Positions 1-15,881 of a stretch of DNA of 64,000 nucleotides are shown in pieces. Position numbers and translations under genes: made by a program. Origin of the DNA: Eledone cirrhosa (taxonomy: Eukaryota); the NCBI GenBank assembly GCA_964016885.1, contig OZ024740.1, positions 248,744,001 through 248,808,000 of the forward strand, written 5' to 3'. The notes under the pieces were generated by a model. That model was not told the origin of the DNA. It did not search any database and saw only the letters and a list, made by a program, of their open reading frames with translations. Each line of letters starts with the position of its first letter. The first letter of the stretch is position 1.

Positions 1-200
1 TTATCTTCAAGAACTATGCCTGTAAATAATATTATTTTTTCTTTCCCATTACCCTATCATGTTCCACATTACGCCCCCTTTTTTTTCTTTTTTCTTTTTT
101 CTTTTCACTTCAAAAACCTTGTTTGTAAATAACATTATTTTTTCTTCACCATTTCCTTAACATGTTCAACATCACCAACATTTTACACCAATACAAATTC

Positions 201-240
201 CCCCCTTTGATAATGCATAAAATGCTGAAACCGGTAATAG
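201..240 (+). ncRNA. Variant hammerhead-like motif (U3-A8 core) in a PLE terminal-repeat remnant
   Basis: TTGATAA-T-GCAT/AAA/ATGC-T-GAAA-CCGG-TA: core order, stem II and palindromic stem III present; stem I poor. Confidence 0.4.
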
Positions 241-422
241 ACAATTATTAAATATATAAATAAATAAATAAATGCCATTGTTAATTAATAAATACCTTAA
301 ACAAATACCTTAACACTTTACACGAAGTAAAATATTTTGTTTTAAACATTTCTAACCCAGAAAAAGAGAAAAAAATAAAAGGGGAAAAAAAATATTTTTC
401 TTCCTAATAATAGATTTTTTCT

Positions 423-3674
<3,252 letters not shown>

Positions 3675-3691
3675 ATAGATAGATAGATAGA

Positions 3692-4546
3692 TATACAGAG
3701 GGTACTTGCAGAAACATGACAACAACATACATAGGTGAGACAGCTCGTAGCATAGGTGAAAGGATAGACCAACACTGGGGGAACTAAAAGGACGAAAAAA
3801 CGGGTCAGTACTATACGAACATGCTAGACAACAACATGACGGTAACATAGACAACATAGAAATTAGAATAATATCTAAACATAGGAATGACCCAGCAGAT
3901 AGGCAAATCAGAGAGGCCAGTGAAATAGAAATTAGAAGACCAAAGCTAAACAGAAAGAATGAGTGGAACAACAACACCCAAACAAACAACACTGACCTAA
4001 GAGAAGTATAAATAAGTAAATAAAATAAAATAAAATAAGATAAATAAATACATACACAAGCACAATAACAACAAGCACATAAACACACACTAGTCACACA
4101 GCAAACATAACACTATACACACACGCAAACGCATGCGCAAAGAAGACAAAATAAAATAAACAAACAAGCAAATAAATAAATAAATATATAGACAGACTGA
4201 ATAAAAAATGGCGTAGACATACAACACAACAGGAGGAAAAAATATAACACCACTGACGATGTTGCAGATGTGCAACGAAAGATTTATGTAAATTATGTAA
4301 ACTATATATATGTGTTTGTGTCTATATTGTATCTGTATTATTTATGACCGTCGGTCAGTCAATGGCAACATTGAGGACCGAGTAAGTTAGATCGCAGATA
4401 TAAAAGACAGCGAGAAGCGAAAACCAACCAAACAGTGAGTGTGTTCTGTTATTAATTCTGGCAATATTACGCAAATATGACCCTCCCCAAGTATAACAAT
4501 ATTTGTTTCGACACACGATTTCATATAAAAAAACCTCGCTAAACTA
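3692..4546 (+). mobile_element. PLE 3' fragment: GIY-YIG endonuclease remnant plus 3' tail/pLTR
   Basis: Manual translation (not in the ORF track): YIGETARSIGERIDQH / (frameshift) SVLYEHARQQHDG...RQIREASEIEIRRPKLNRKNEW; the tail ends in ATGACCCTCCCCAAGTATAACAATAT...CTAAAC then (TA)n. Confidence 0.85.
4250..4295 (+). ncRNA. Partial hammerhead ribozyme in PLE tail
   Basis: CTGACGA-T-GTTGCA/GATG/TGCAAC-GAAA; stems III and I degraded. Confidence 0.45.
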
Positions 4547-4574
4547 ATATATATATATATATATATATATGAGA

Positions 4575-4770
4575 CAGTCGATCGACTTTTGTCAAATCAG
4601 ACCGAGGAAACAATGTTTCCATTGGTCTTTCCAATGTAATCCAGGTAGAAGGAGCAACGTGAAATAAAGTGTCTTGCTCAAGGACATAACGCACCGCTCG
4701 GTCCGGGAATCGAACTCACAACCTCACGATTGCGAATCCAATTCTCTAACCACTCAGCCACACGCCTTCA
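4575..4770 (-). mobile_element. tRNA-derived CORE-type SINE
   Basis: Minus strand: A-box TGGCTGAGTGG, B-box GTTCGATTCC, CORE-like CCTTGAGCAAGACACTT. Confidence 0.8.
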
Positions 4771-4821
4771 ATGTTGACGAAAATCGATCGAGTGTCTATA
4801 TATATGATAATTGCAGCGTCT

Positions 4822-5660
4822 TCACAGAGGATTGCCGTCTCTTATTGATTCTTCATTGTCATCCCGTGCGCGTCCATGACTTTCTAGATGACTCTGTAGA
4901 CCAGCTGTAGATCTGCATGGTTTAAGACACTGATGACAGAAGGGAGCTGTGTTTTCCACAGGACTGGTGGGATCACCCCATGGGACACAATATTTATACA
5001 CCGCACCACCATGTATTTTTTTTAGTCCGGAGCTAGTTCTACACACCTTGTTGCATATCACGCACGTTGTTTCTTTAGGTTTTTATTGAGTGGTGTGACT
5101 TCAGGTGATTAACATAACCAGCCTTTGAGGGGAGTACACGCTGACAGAATGTGCATGTCCAACTACTGATGACTTCAGGAAGACTGAGCACAAGCCTTTC
5201 GGAGCTGACGCTTCAGTTGTTTATGTTCTAGAGCCTAGAACAGGAATGTCTAGAATCTAGACGACGTTCCTCAAAAGTTTTGCAACTGCCCTTTATGCGC
5301 TTTCTCCACTCAGCCCTATTTAGAGCTATTTCATCCCAGTTGTCTATATGAAATCCAGCTCTTTGAAGTTATTCTTGATGCTATTCTTGTATCTCATTTT
5401 CAGTTTGTATTGAGGCCTTTTTCCACGATGGAGCTCACCGTAAACCAGTTGCTTCGGGATCCTGCTTTCTTTCATGCGGACGATATGTCCTGTCCAGCGC
5501 ATTTGAGAAGATGTTACTTGGGACTCAATGATTGGATAGAAACTTGATGTCAGTAGTTCTGTCTTGCCATTTGATGTTGAATATGCGCCATAATCATTTC
5601 TGCTGAAAGCTCTCAAGCAATTTGATGTGTTTGCGGAATGTCGTCAAGGTTTCGGCGGAA
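4822..5660 (-). mobile_element. RTE-clade LINE 3' fragment, degenerate
   Basis: RWTGHIVRMKESRIPKQLVYGEL..GKRP; C-terminal C2H2-like CHQCLKPCRSTAGLQSH. Confidence 0.8.
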
Positions 5661-5736
5661 TATATATATTCATACAGATATATGTATATATGTATGTATA
5701 TATATATATCTGTATTAATATATATATATATATCTG

Positions 5737-5784
<48 letters not shown>

Positions 5785-5786
<2 letters not shown>

Positions 5787-5983
5787 AATGGAAGTACAGC
5801 CTATTCGAAGCTCGAGCCGCAGCTAAGCCGACGAATGCATTCAGAAGTGCAGCCGAGCACTCGACAAGGTATAAAACCTCAGAGTAATAACATACAGTTT
5901 AAAGGGCTTTGCAAATTGAAGATAGCGACCGATAATTCAGCTGCGGAGTTCGTAGCAACGAAAGAAGTGACTCGCGAGAAAAA

Positions 5984-6047
<64 letters not shown>

Positions 6048-6505
6048 CCTGGACCATCACTTCGATATTTTGCAATATCTCAGTTAGGTTTCTGTAAATC
6101 CGAAATCAACAAAATCCGCTTGCAGTGTATGCAAGTTAAGTTTCTGGAAGATCGAACAGTGGATTTATTTTCTCAACAGGGTTTCGTTCTGACGCCAGTC
6201 CGGTTTGTGAGGGCACATGTTACTCTAAAGGGAGCTAACCTGGTTTATGGCGGTCAAATTCAAATTATGAGCAATGAAATAAGTTCCGTTCACAAACTGA
6301 ATTAAGTACTCAACCAGACCGTTATTAAACAAACATAAATAATTAACCAGTCAATAGAATTGTCTAATTAAATTAATCAATTAATCATTAGGTCTAGGAG
6401 ATAGTAATACAAATGGAAGTAAGCATATTCGAAGCTCGAGCCGCAGCTAAGCCGACGAATGCATTCAGAAGCGTACCCAAGTACTCGACAAGGTATAAAA
6501 CCTCA
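5785..6505. mobile_element. ~720-bp non-coding element with ~95-bp terminal direct repeats
   Basis: 5785-5881 matches 6409-6505; body homologous (inverted) to 9502-10195; (TA)n flanks. Confidence 0.7.
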
Positions 6506-6529
6506 TATATATCTATATATCTATATATA

Positions 6530-6596
<67 letters not shown>

Positions 6597-7573
6597 CAGA
6601 GGCTGTCTGACTGTGTAAATCCCTAAAGCTCGAGAAGTACCCGACCGATTTTTTTCAAACTTTACACATGCGTTACTTATATTTCTTGAAGTGCAATGGG
6701 CTAAAAGTGTTAACTTTTTCTGCCCTAGGGCCCGCGTTAGGCGAAAAACCGCATTTTTTAGGCATTTTTTAGGCTCTTTTGAGGCGTAACTTAGAGATAA
6801 TCCAGCCGATTTCCTCGAAATTTGCAGCACACATTAGTTAGTCCCCTCGCATTGCCGTGGACAAAAATATTTCCGATTCCATTAATGGTTTCTAGGAAAT
6901 TTACGAATTACCATTGGGCATTACATGCCTTTTTCATTTTCAATATAAACGCTACTTAAACATCGTAAGTAGTGTATAATATTTCGTTAAAAATTTAGTT
7001 TATTTAACAGAGGACACAACATTTACTTACTTTTAAGCAGGACCATTTTCGGGGGATTGAGGAAATGAGGAGGACCTTAAAATTTTTGTCGGCGCCCTGT
7101 TGACGCTTTGTGCTTTCATCACGCCCAAATCCGGGTCCTGTGTATGTTGCCGAGTTATTGACACCGTAAAACTCACGTCTGTGTTACTTCTACTAAGACC
7201 CCTTTTGTTGCACCTACACCGCAGCATGAACGCCCTGCGCAAGTACGCCGAACAGCGGTTGTGCTAATTCCGCGATGACCCCTTTTGTTGCACCTTTGTT
7301 GCTGTGTAAACGCAGTGCAACCAGTGCCGCCCAGTGTTTGTGCACTATGACCCCCTTCTGCTGCAGCTGCGTTGCCACGCTGATTTTGTCATCTCAATAG
7401 CCCTACTTAAACGTACATCCCTACTTGGTTTTCACACAATTGACTACGTCGCTCCTCAATCATTCCCTGAGAATAGGAATTCAAAAAGTACACAGCTACA
7501 TTCCTCAATCTTTGCATTTGCGTGTTGCTATTTCACGTTTCCTACCCCGTGCAACGCCGGGTCCTGCTGTTAG
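6530..7573 (+). mobile_element. Non-autonomous Helitron-like element
   Basis: 5' TCTATATAT...AACAGAGGCTGTCTG; 3' subterminal hairpin CCCGTGCAACGCCGGG followed by TTAG (CTAG variant) and T. Confidence 0.7.
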
Positions 7574-7585
7574 TATATATATACA

Positions 7586-7730
<145 letters not shown>

Positions 7731-7881
7731 ACACGGGTGTGTATGATTGTGTATAGAAGATTATATTAATAAAAGGAATTCCAACTTTGTCTGATTTACT
7801 CGTTTTATTTACAATCCTTTAAAATTTATAATGGTATTAGAATGAAATAGTATGGTAGAATATTAAATGTTAAGTCTTAAT

Positions 7882-7920
7882 TGAACAAGTACTTTCATGC
7901 TTTCGCAATCTTCAGGTTCA
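7882..7920 (-). ncRNA. Minimal type I hammerhead ribozyme
   Basis: Reverse complement of 7994-8032. Confidence 0.8.
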
Positions 7921-7993
7921 TATTGTGTGGTGACAGTCAAGTTTACAATTTTCAACTGTGGAAAATTGTAAACTTGACTGTCACCACACAATA

Positions 7994-8032
7994 TGAACCT
8001 GAAGATTGCGAAAGCATGAAAGTACTTGTTCA
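7994..8032 (+). ncRNA. Minimal type I hammerhead ribozyme
   Basis: TGAAC-CTGAAGA-TTGC/GAAA/GCAT-GAAA-GTAC-TT-GTTCA; palindromic stem III as in PLE HHRs. Confidence 0.8.
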
Positions 8033-8137
8033 ATTAACACTCAACATTTAATATTACTATTTCATTCTAATACCATTATAAATTTTAAAGGATTGTAAAT
8101 AAAACGAGTAAATCAGACAAAGTTGGAATTCCTTTTA

Positions 8138-8176
<39 letters not shown>

Positions 8177-8312
8177 AATGATTATTTGGTTTGTTGATTA
8201 TTCAACAAAGTTAATTTACAACAGATTAGAAGCACTCAACATCAATTTAATCTGGAGTAGCATTAATATCAATAATATTAATAAATGGAAAATATCTTTA
8301 TAAAACCATATT

Positions 8313-8373
8313 TATTTTATTATACCTATTTCAAGGGTACCAATATTTTAGTACGCTTTCGTCAGATAAAATA
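8313..8373 (-). ncRNA. Type I hammerhead ribozyme
   Basis: TATTTTAT-CTGACGA-stem II-GAAA-TAGGTA-TA-ATAAAATA. Confidence 0.7.
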
Positions 8374-9378
8374 CATTAATTGGTGTAAAGATAGTGACAT
8401 ATTTTCATGTAAACTTCATGTCATAAGTTCATTGAAGATAGTGAATATAATTGTATACTAAGTTTCTATCAAGGCAATTATTCTGTAAAGGGCATAAGAT
8501 GTTATTTCTGCAATTACATTTTCTTATATTGTTATTTAGAGATACCGTATTATTATTTATGCATTCGCTATTATTATTATACGTAATGTTATTAGTTATA
8601 TTGTTGTTGCTATTTGAGTTTATTTGGGTTGAGTTTAATTTTAAATTCCTATTATTAATTCTACCAATATTCTGGGCTATATTCATGGTAGTAGAGTAAG
8701 AGTGCTTGACTGTGTGTCTGTTAAAAATGGAGTGATACTTATGGGACTTAGGAAAACATTTATCTAAAGCCTTAAAGAATTGGTGTACTAAAGGTGTCTT
8801 AATTCCTAATGAAATTGGAGGAGAATACTAAATTATATTTCTAGTTCTAGATTTTAATTTGATTTATTATTTTGGTTAATTGTTTATTATTAACATTATA
8901 ATAAACTTTACGAGGTTCTTCTCTATGTAGTTAATGTTATTATTGTATCCAGCTGTGTAGAGTGTCATTGTAATATTCTGTGTTATCAAATATATTTTTA
9001 TTACTTTATAAATATTATAAATACTTCCATATTCTTAAAATATATTATAAAATTAAATAAATAAATAAATATGATGTTTTCATTCTTTCTATGCCCATGT
9101 AAATATGTTTGGGTGTATATATGCATATTTCTATAAATAATCCTGAATTAACTTTAAAATATTTTTTTCAAATTTAATAGCAAACCCTTTTTTTAAAATA
9201 ATTTAGATAAATATTTAAAATCTATCTAGCGCCTAAACTTAACGGCCCTTTTCAGCTTTAACGTTATCCTCATTAGCATATTTTCCCTTGGTTTTGAAAA
9301 ATTATATTCACTATCTTCAATGAACTTATAACATGAATTTCACATAAAGATATGTCACTATCTTTACACCAATTATTG

Positions 9379-9439
9379 TATTTTATCTGACAAAAGCGTA
9401 CTAAAATATTAGTACCCTTGAAATACGTATAATAAAATA
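9379..9439 (+). ncRNA. Type I hammerhead with G8A core change, probably inactive
   Basis: TATTTTAT-CTGACAA-stem II-GAAA-TACGTA-TA-ATAAAATA. Confidence 0.6.
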
Positions 9440-9501
9440 AATATGGTTTTATAAAGATATTTTCCATTTATTAATATTATTGATATATATATATATATAT
9501 A

Positions 9502-10195
9502 TATCACTTCATATAAGTAGGCTGAATTTACTTGCAAACCGCCAGAGATTCGATTTTATTAATTTCCAATTATATTATTCTCCTAGATTTAATAATTAAC
9601 TAATTAATTTAATTAGACAATTCTGTTGATTGGTTAATTATTTGTGTTTGTTTTATAACATCTAGTTGAGAGCTTATCATGATGATTAGCGGAAATTAAA
9701 ATATTTCCTTTGTCTAACATTTTGAATGACCCGCCAAAAACCGGGGGTTATTTCCCTTGCCGGAATTAACACGTGACAGCTATAGATACGATACGCCGCG
9801 TATAGCAGCAACATATAGCTTATCACTTCGGTTCTAGGTAGAACGAAAAGCTGTTGAAAAACTGAATCCTCCGTTCGATCATGAATACCAAGAGCTTGCC
9901 AGTCACGTAAGTCTGATATTTGATTTCGGATTCAAAGAAACACTTTAAACGATTGATCGTTTGATTTGTCTAGGTGCATTTTTCTCAACCTGATTAGTTC
10001 TATCGTTGCTTTGGTATATATTGTGTGTTGGATTCGCCTACCACAATGTTCGATTTGTCAAGCTATTTAAACGTATGTTATTACTCTAAGGCCCTACCTT
10101 ATCGAGTGCTTTGCTAACTCATCACTTCATATAAGTAGGCCGAATTTACTTGCAAACCGCCAGAGATTCGATTTTACTAATTTCCAATTATATAT
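9502..10195. mobile_element. ~700-bp non-coding element with ~75-bp terminal direct repeats
   Basis: 9502-9575 matches 10121-10195; inverted partial copy at 28187-28398; related to 5785-6505. Confidence 0.72.
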
Positions 10196-10234
10196 ATATA
10201 TATAATTGGAAACACACATACATACATACATACA

Positions 10235-10366
<132 letters not shown>

Positions 10367-10796
10367 CGTAAACCAGACCTTCAGAATTTTTTCGAGATGA
10401 AGTAACTTAATTTTTCTGGGTACCTATTGATAAGCACAGAAAATTGATTATTTCGCTCTTATACTATCGTTTGCGAAACATTATTTGGATTTTGAGGTTC
10501 AGATTGATCTGCGGAAAAGGTTTGAATTTTGAAATTTAAATTTGTCTAGGTACCACGGCTATTTTCCAATACAAGTTTGTGTATATTGATTTATTCTTTT
10601 TTAAATCGATACAGGCAGGCAGGCTATATTAATTTGAATTAGTTTGTTTCATTCTATATAAACTTCTGTCTTTTACAATACAAACACTTAGGTGTTTATC
10701 ATATATTAATTTATATTAACTTGTATTACACGGCTCGGAAATGCTTCTTTCTTTGAGCTAATTAATTATAAATGACTCTTTGAGTGTATACTCTAA

Positions 10797-10827
<31 letters not shown>

Positions 10828-11539
10828 TGTAAAATGTGTGAGATCCTAGGTACAGTTAGGTATATTTGAAAAAAAAGGAAACGAATGACTTCACTTGTAG
10901 TGTTTAAAAATGTTTGATTTAATTTTATAATATTATGAGTTGGTAGATCCAGTAAGTTCCTTGTTAACTTCGGTGGGAAGAATTTTAAAGATTCCTGGTT
11001 AACTTGGGTTGGAGAACTTTCTCGCATTCGTCTGTCTGTGGCGATTGTCAAACTGAGATCAGGTTGTGTTGAAATGTGTGACTATATATAAGAGAGATTT
11101 GGATGTGTCTTGGGTGTGGAGTGTGGTGTTAATGAGTGTTGATGATGCTGAAGATCCGGAGGAATTAAAACATACATACATATACACACACACACACGTA
11201 CACACACACACATTTATATACACTCAGAAAATGGTGAGGTTGCAAGATAAGGGTGTTTGAGAAGGTGGTTGTAAACATACTCTCCTGCTGGTTTTATTTC
11301 ATTAGCTGACCTTTGATGAGTTTGTAATGGCATAGCTGAATCAACTCTTCCAAATCCATAAAGAATATTTTCTACAAATTTCCATATCAAAGATGAATTT
11401 AGGTGCTTGTCTGGGTTTTAATGAGATGTAAGATACATGTCTTTTGATAAGAATGGGATGACAGGAAAAAGAGAAAAGAAAGATAGAAAGTCGATTCCCT
11501 AATTGCAGACCGCCAGAAACAAGAACAAATTTCACCCTC

Positions 11540-11960
11540 TGAAATAGTTACACATGACCAGAATTCCATCGTTCAAAATGCGTTCAAAGAATGGAATGAA
11601 CTGAATCTGGAAAAAGAAGCTTTCAAAAAAAAGAAACCAAATGAAAAATATTTGGAACCAAATACTAAGCCAAAGAAAACAGATATACTGGAAAGCCTTG
11701 AGGAGTGAAAACCTAGCGGACACGTATTAAAATTTAAAGAGAAATTCGAAAAAAGCGACACCACCATTAGAGAAGAAATAAACAAAAGAAGCATCGGTAA
11801 TGTACGAGAAAAACTCTTTGACCTTTGGAAGAATGATGCAACCAGAGAGGAATTGAAATCAAAGAAAATCTTGGAGTCAAGAACACAATGGCTGCAAGAA
11901 TATAAAAAAAAAACTATGGGAAAGTCCAAATAAAATCCAAAGAACAAACCCATAAGAAAC
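11540..11960 (+). pseudogene. Decayed homolog of the Neptune-type PLE ORF1
   Basis: FEKSDTTIREEINKRSIGNVREKLFDLWKNDATREELKS aligns with IKTIDEEILLEINNKTEGPKVEKISKLWKGDCNREELKS of ORF 21348-22124. Confidence 0.75.
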
Positions 11961-11992
11961 CCTCAAATTCGGGAATATACAAAAACACAAGA

Positions 11993-12113
11993 AATGAAGA
12001 ATTCTCACACAATAAACAAACATCAACCAGAAATCGGAGAATCCCAAACACACTGTGTATGGGATTCTCCGATTTTTGGTTGATGTTTGTTTATTGTGTG
12101 AGAATTCTTCATT
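11993..12113. repeat. Fold-back hairpin terminating the PLE fragment
   Basis: AATGAAGAATTCTCACAC...TGTGAGAATTCTTCATT, ~58-bp arms. Confidence 0.9.
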
Positions 12114-12154
12114 GTTTTTAATTAAATAGACGAATGTTTTTAATTAAATAGACG

Positions 12155-12554
12155 AATGTTTTAAATTAAATATACAGTATATTTCCAAATATACTATACA
12201 TACATATACTATACATCGCTATTTCAGAGCACCAATCCTAATTTTTAATTTTTGCTGGACCGGCAATCGTTCTGTATAATCAGTTCCTGATTATTACTGG
12301 AATTCTATAAGAATGCAACCTCTATAATTTTCGGCAGAGGTCGGCGAGTACTAGGCTCTGAGGAACACCAACAGTGTGAAACAGATCTGTCAGCTTATCT
12401 CCTTTCCTTTGTTGAAAAAAGAAGTAAATGACATAGTCACTACTTTAAAACAATAGCGCAAGGTCTTCAAAATGTTTTTAATTAAACATACATTATATTA
12501 CCAAATATAATATACATACATTCATGTATACATCGCTATTTCAGAGCACCAATC

Positions 12555-12559
<5 letters not shown>
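12155..12559 (+). mobile_element. 317-bp-period terminally redundant HHR element (retrozyme-like or solo pLTR)
   Basis: 12155-12242 repeated at 12471-12559; HHR in between; (TA)n follows. Confidence 0.65.
12352..12397 (+). ncRNA. Canonical type I hammerhead ribozyme
   Basis: TAGGCT-CTGAGGA-ACAC/CAACA/GTGT-GAAA-CAGATCTG-TC-AGCTTA; GUC triplet, palindromic stem III. Confidence 0.88.
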
Positions 12560-12650
<91 letters not shown>

Positions 12651-13982
12651 TGTAATTGTGCCCCAGCATGGTCTCAGCCGGATGGCTGGAACAGGTAAAA
12701 GAGTAAAACAGTATATATAAATATATATATATATATATTAGGGTAAACATTGATGCAATTCAATATATATATATATTAAAATAATAGATTAAAGTTTAAG
12801 TAAAGAATCGCTGCTTTCACCCTTAACGGGATCTTCTGAAACTAAAAAAATCAATCTGTGGACGCAGAAGTAAATAGTTCGAAAAACTTTGCAGCCGAAG
12901 GAAACAGGCAGACGATACTTAGGTTCGTGGAGACGTTCCCTGGCAATGAACGGAAAAAAGCGAAGATAATACTTTATTATTTGGAGCAGTGAGAACAATT
13001 ACACGCAAAGACAAAACCACATTTATGGTATAAATGAAGTCGTAGACTAATATTCTATTTATGTGGTTCGTGGAGACGTTCCCTGGCAATGAACGGGAAA
13101 TAAGCGAAGATAATACGTCATTATGTTAGATCGGTGAGAACAATTACCCGCAAAGACAAAACCACGTAAATGTTATAAATGAAGTCGTAAACTAAAATTC
13201 TATTGAGGAAACCGAATGATTCTCGGCTTCAGAGTTAAGAATAATGTAAATAAATTACAGAGGTTATTGAAATCAACAATAATTAAATATATACACGCTC
13301 GCATACATATACGTACATACACATGCATACGCGAAAACACCCGCCATGGGTATGCATATACAAGTACGTACACAAAAACATACGCACACATACAAAAACC
13401 CGCGCAACGCCTGTACCCGCACACATACGAATGTATACACCAAATACACATAATAATATATATATAAATATATATATGTGTGTGTGTGTGGGCGTGTATA
13501 CATATAATTATATAAACGTATATAAATATAAACACATAAATACGTATATAACGCGCGCACACACATACCTACAGGTAAATACATATATGTTCGATAAACA
13601 ACGTCAACCAAAACACAAAGTACACATATACACACCCTACATACGTGCAAATGAGTATACACACACAAACGCAAAATACACGTATACACATAACCATATA
13701 CACATGTACCAGTATATATAATATAATATATACACCTATAACAAATACAAGCAAATATATGTACGAGAAAGTATACGTACCTTCACAAAACATACAGGTA
13801 ATATATACGTACCTATACAAATAAGTAGTGGTATAAACATAAAATTTACTTAGCTACCACATCAATACGTAAATTATCCGCGTATTGTTTGTACTGTTCG
13901 TTGGGGTATAATGTGGAGCTGTAATACAAGAAAGTTTTATGCAATTTATGTTTACAAGCCGAAATTGCCTCAGATTTTTTGT

Positions 13983-15830
13983 TTAAGACGTGATCATTGG
14001 CATAGAGTATTTCCAGGGCTTCAGCGGCGCAAAGGTCACATGGTCTTTTATTTTCGTTATACGGTCTAGCTTAGCTAGGATCTTCCAGTGTAACCTATAT
14101 TGGGTGTGGTTGTCTTTTAGACTCCAGATATAAGCAGAAAGTGGCGTCATATTCCTTCTTACATGGTTAAGAAAAGAATGGATGTGCATGTAAAGACGCT
14201 GCTTGAATCTATTGGCGGTTAACCCTATGTAGGCCCTACGGGACGTGGGTGTTTCAACCTTACATTTGTAGACAATTTTATTGGAGAGGCATTTCCCGGA
14301 TAAGGGGCAGTCAACCCGATTCCTACAATTACAGTTAGTACTAGCTACAGGGTTGCACGTATTCCTACGGCTAGGTAATTTAGCTAAATTTGAAGCAGTG
14401 ATGTTAGGAGTCGTAGAATAAGAAATTTTAATGGTATTTCTATTAAAAGTGTTATTATATTTATGTGCTGGCGGGAAATGCTTCTTAATAAGGGAGAGAA
14501 AGATCTTAGCTAATGGTGTGGCCACCTCCATATTATATGGTGGGTTATACCATATAATGCGTCGGGGTCTATTTTTCCTAGGTCTGTCTCATACTCGGTA
14601 TATGCTACCTTATCGACAAATCCACTCCGAGCAAGAGTTTCATTGTAACATGTGGAATGGTCGGTGAAAATATGCTCGTTTGTAGATAGACAGGAAAGCC
14701 TCAAAGAAACGTTTCTTACCAGGCTCTTGGTTATTCTGGCAGGATGGTTAGAATGCTTACTTGCGTAATTAAGCGCATCATTCGGCTTTCTATACGGGTA
14801 GTGAAAGCATTTCGACAAATTGAGGGTAACGTCGAGGTAATTAACGACCGCGAGGTTGGCCTCAACCTGTATGGAGAAGTTGAAGCCTTTAAAGAAGGCT
14901 GTGAGTTCTTTTCCGAACCTGTCGCAAGCGCGTGGGCCGTAGTTTGTCATGGTCAAAAGACTGTCATCACGATACAAACCACCGCCCACGTTGGGGAATT
15001 CTTCCTTGATAGAGAAAAGAAGGAAAAGGCCGATAAGATCAGTAACCTCAGCAGAATCGCTGGCGCCCATACTCACGTCGAATGGGGTACTATTAGATTG
15101 TTTTTAATCCAAATAGAGTCGTCGAAATTAATCACCCACTTACGGGCATTGAGGATGACATCAACTCGAAATCCTTAACCACCGTGAGCGTTTTAGCGAA
15201 ATTGATAGCTGTAAGAAGAAGTGGTAAAGTGATGGAGGAGTAGTAATTATTGATGTCGAATTGGATAAAACGGCAATGTTCCTTGTTGCATATGCCATTG
15301 AACCAATCAATCACCGCAAAAGAGTTGTTCCACGGTGCAAGAGGGGCCAAGCTTCTAATTTCAGGTATCTGAAATCTAAAATCTGGTATCTAAAATCCTT
15401 TTACTAAGTCTACCTAAATCGGATTTCATAGCCGAATAGAGGGGTTGTTGGGGAAATGGGATTTGTGATCCTTCAGGGTAAAGTGGTGAGAAATAGGGTC
15501 CAGAGATTCAGTCCAGTCCTGGATGTTGAGATCAGAGGTGATTTTACACCCAGCATCGTTGATGTCATTAATGACACTCCGATTAGTTTTATGGCAATCC
15601 TTAGTTACAGCATTATGTAGCAGTTGATGGTAAGTACTGCGCTCTACTTAATATAGATTGCCAGTTTTGTTGGAGTGGACGTGCACTACATTAGAATCCT
15701 TAATAGAACGAATTCTATTCTTCAGGTCCTGCTGGAAGGAATTGCTCCTATTCCGAAATTTGATACTCCGTATGAGTTCCAAGACATCATTTTCGAAGGG
15801 TAGCAATGCTGGGTTACTCGGAGGGATACC
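13983..15830 (-). pseudogene. PLE RT-GIY-YIG ORF, multiply frameshifted
   Basis: ORF pieces 15648-15923, 15132-15350, 14510-15076 and 13983-14531 are consecutive parts of one protein. Confidence 0.9.
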
Positions 15831-15881
15831 ATAAATGTGGTTTTGTCTTTGCGTGTAATTGTTCTCATCGTTCCAAATAAT

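Larger units (their letters stand above)
7762..8145. repeat. ~380-bp near-perfect palindrome (fold-back PLE pLTR) with an HHR in each arm
   Basis: Arms 7762-7953 and 7961-8145 are reverse complements with few differences; 7-nt loop. Confidence 0.95.
8175..9484 (-). mobile_element. Truncated Naiad-type PLE with inverted pLTRs
   Basis: CNCRNNILCPLQNNC (CxCx5Cx5C); CFPKSHKYHSIFNRHTVKHSYSTTMN; inverted arms ~8267-8441 and ~9310-9484. Confidence 0.82.

Noticed and set aside
13983-14531. Selenocysteine-recoding (in-frame UGA) Naiad
   Set aside because: Cys positions of the CxCx5Cx5C linkers here and at ~8480-8525 and ~26780-26825 read as ordinary Cys codons
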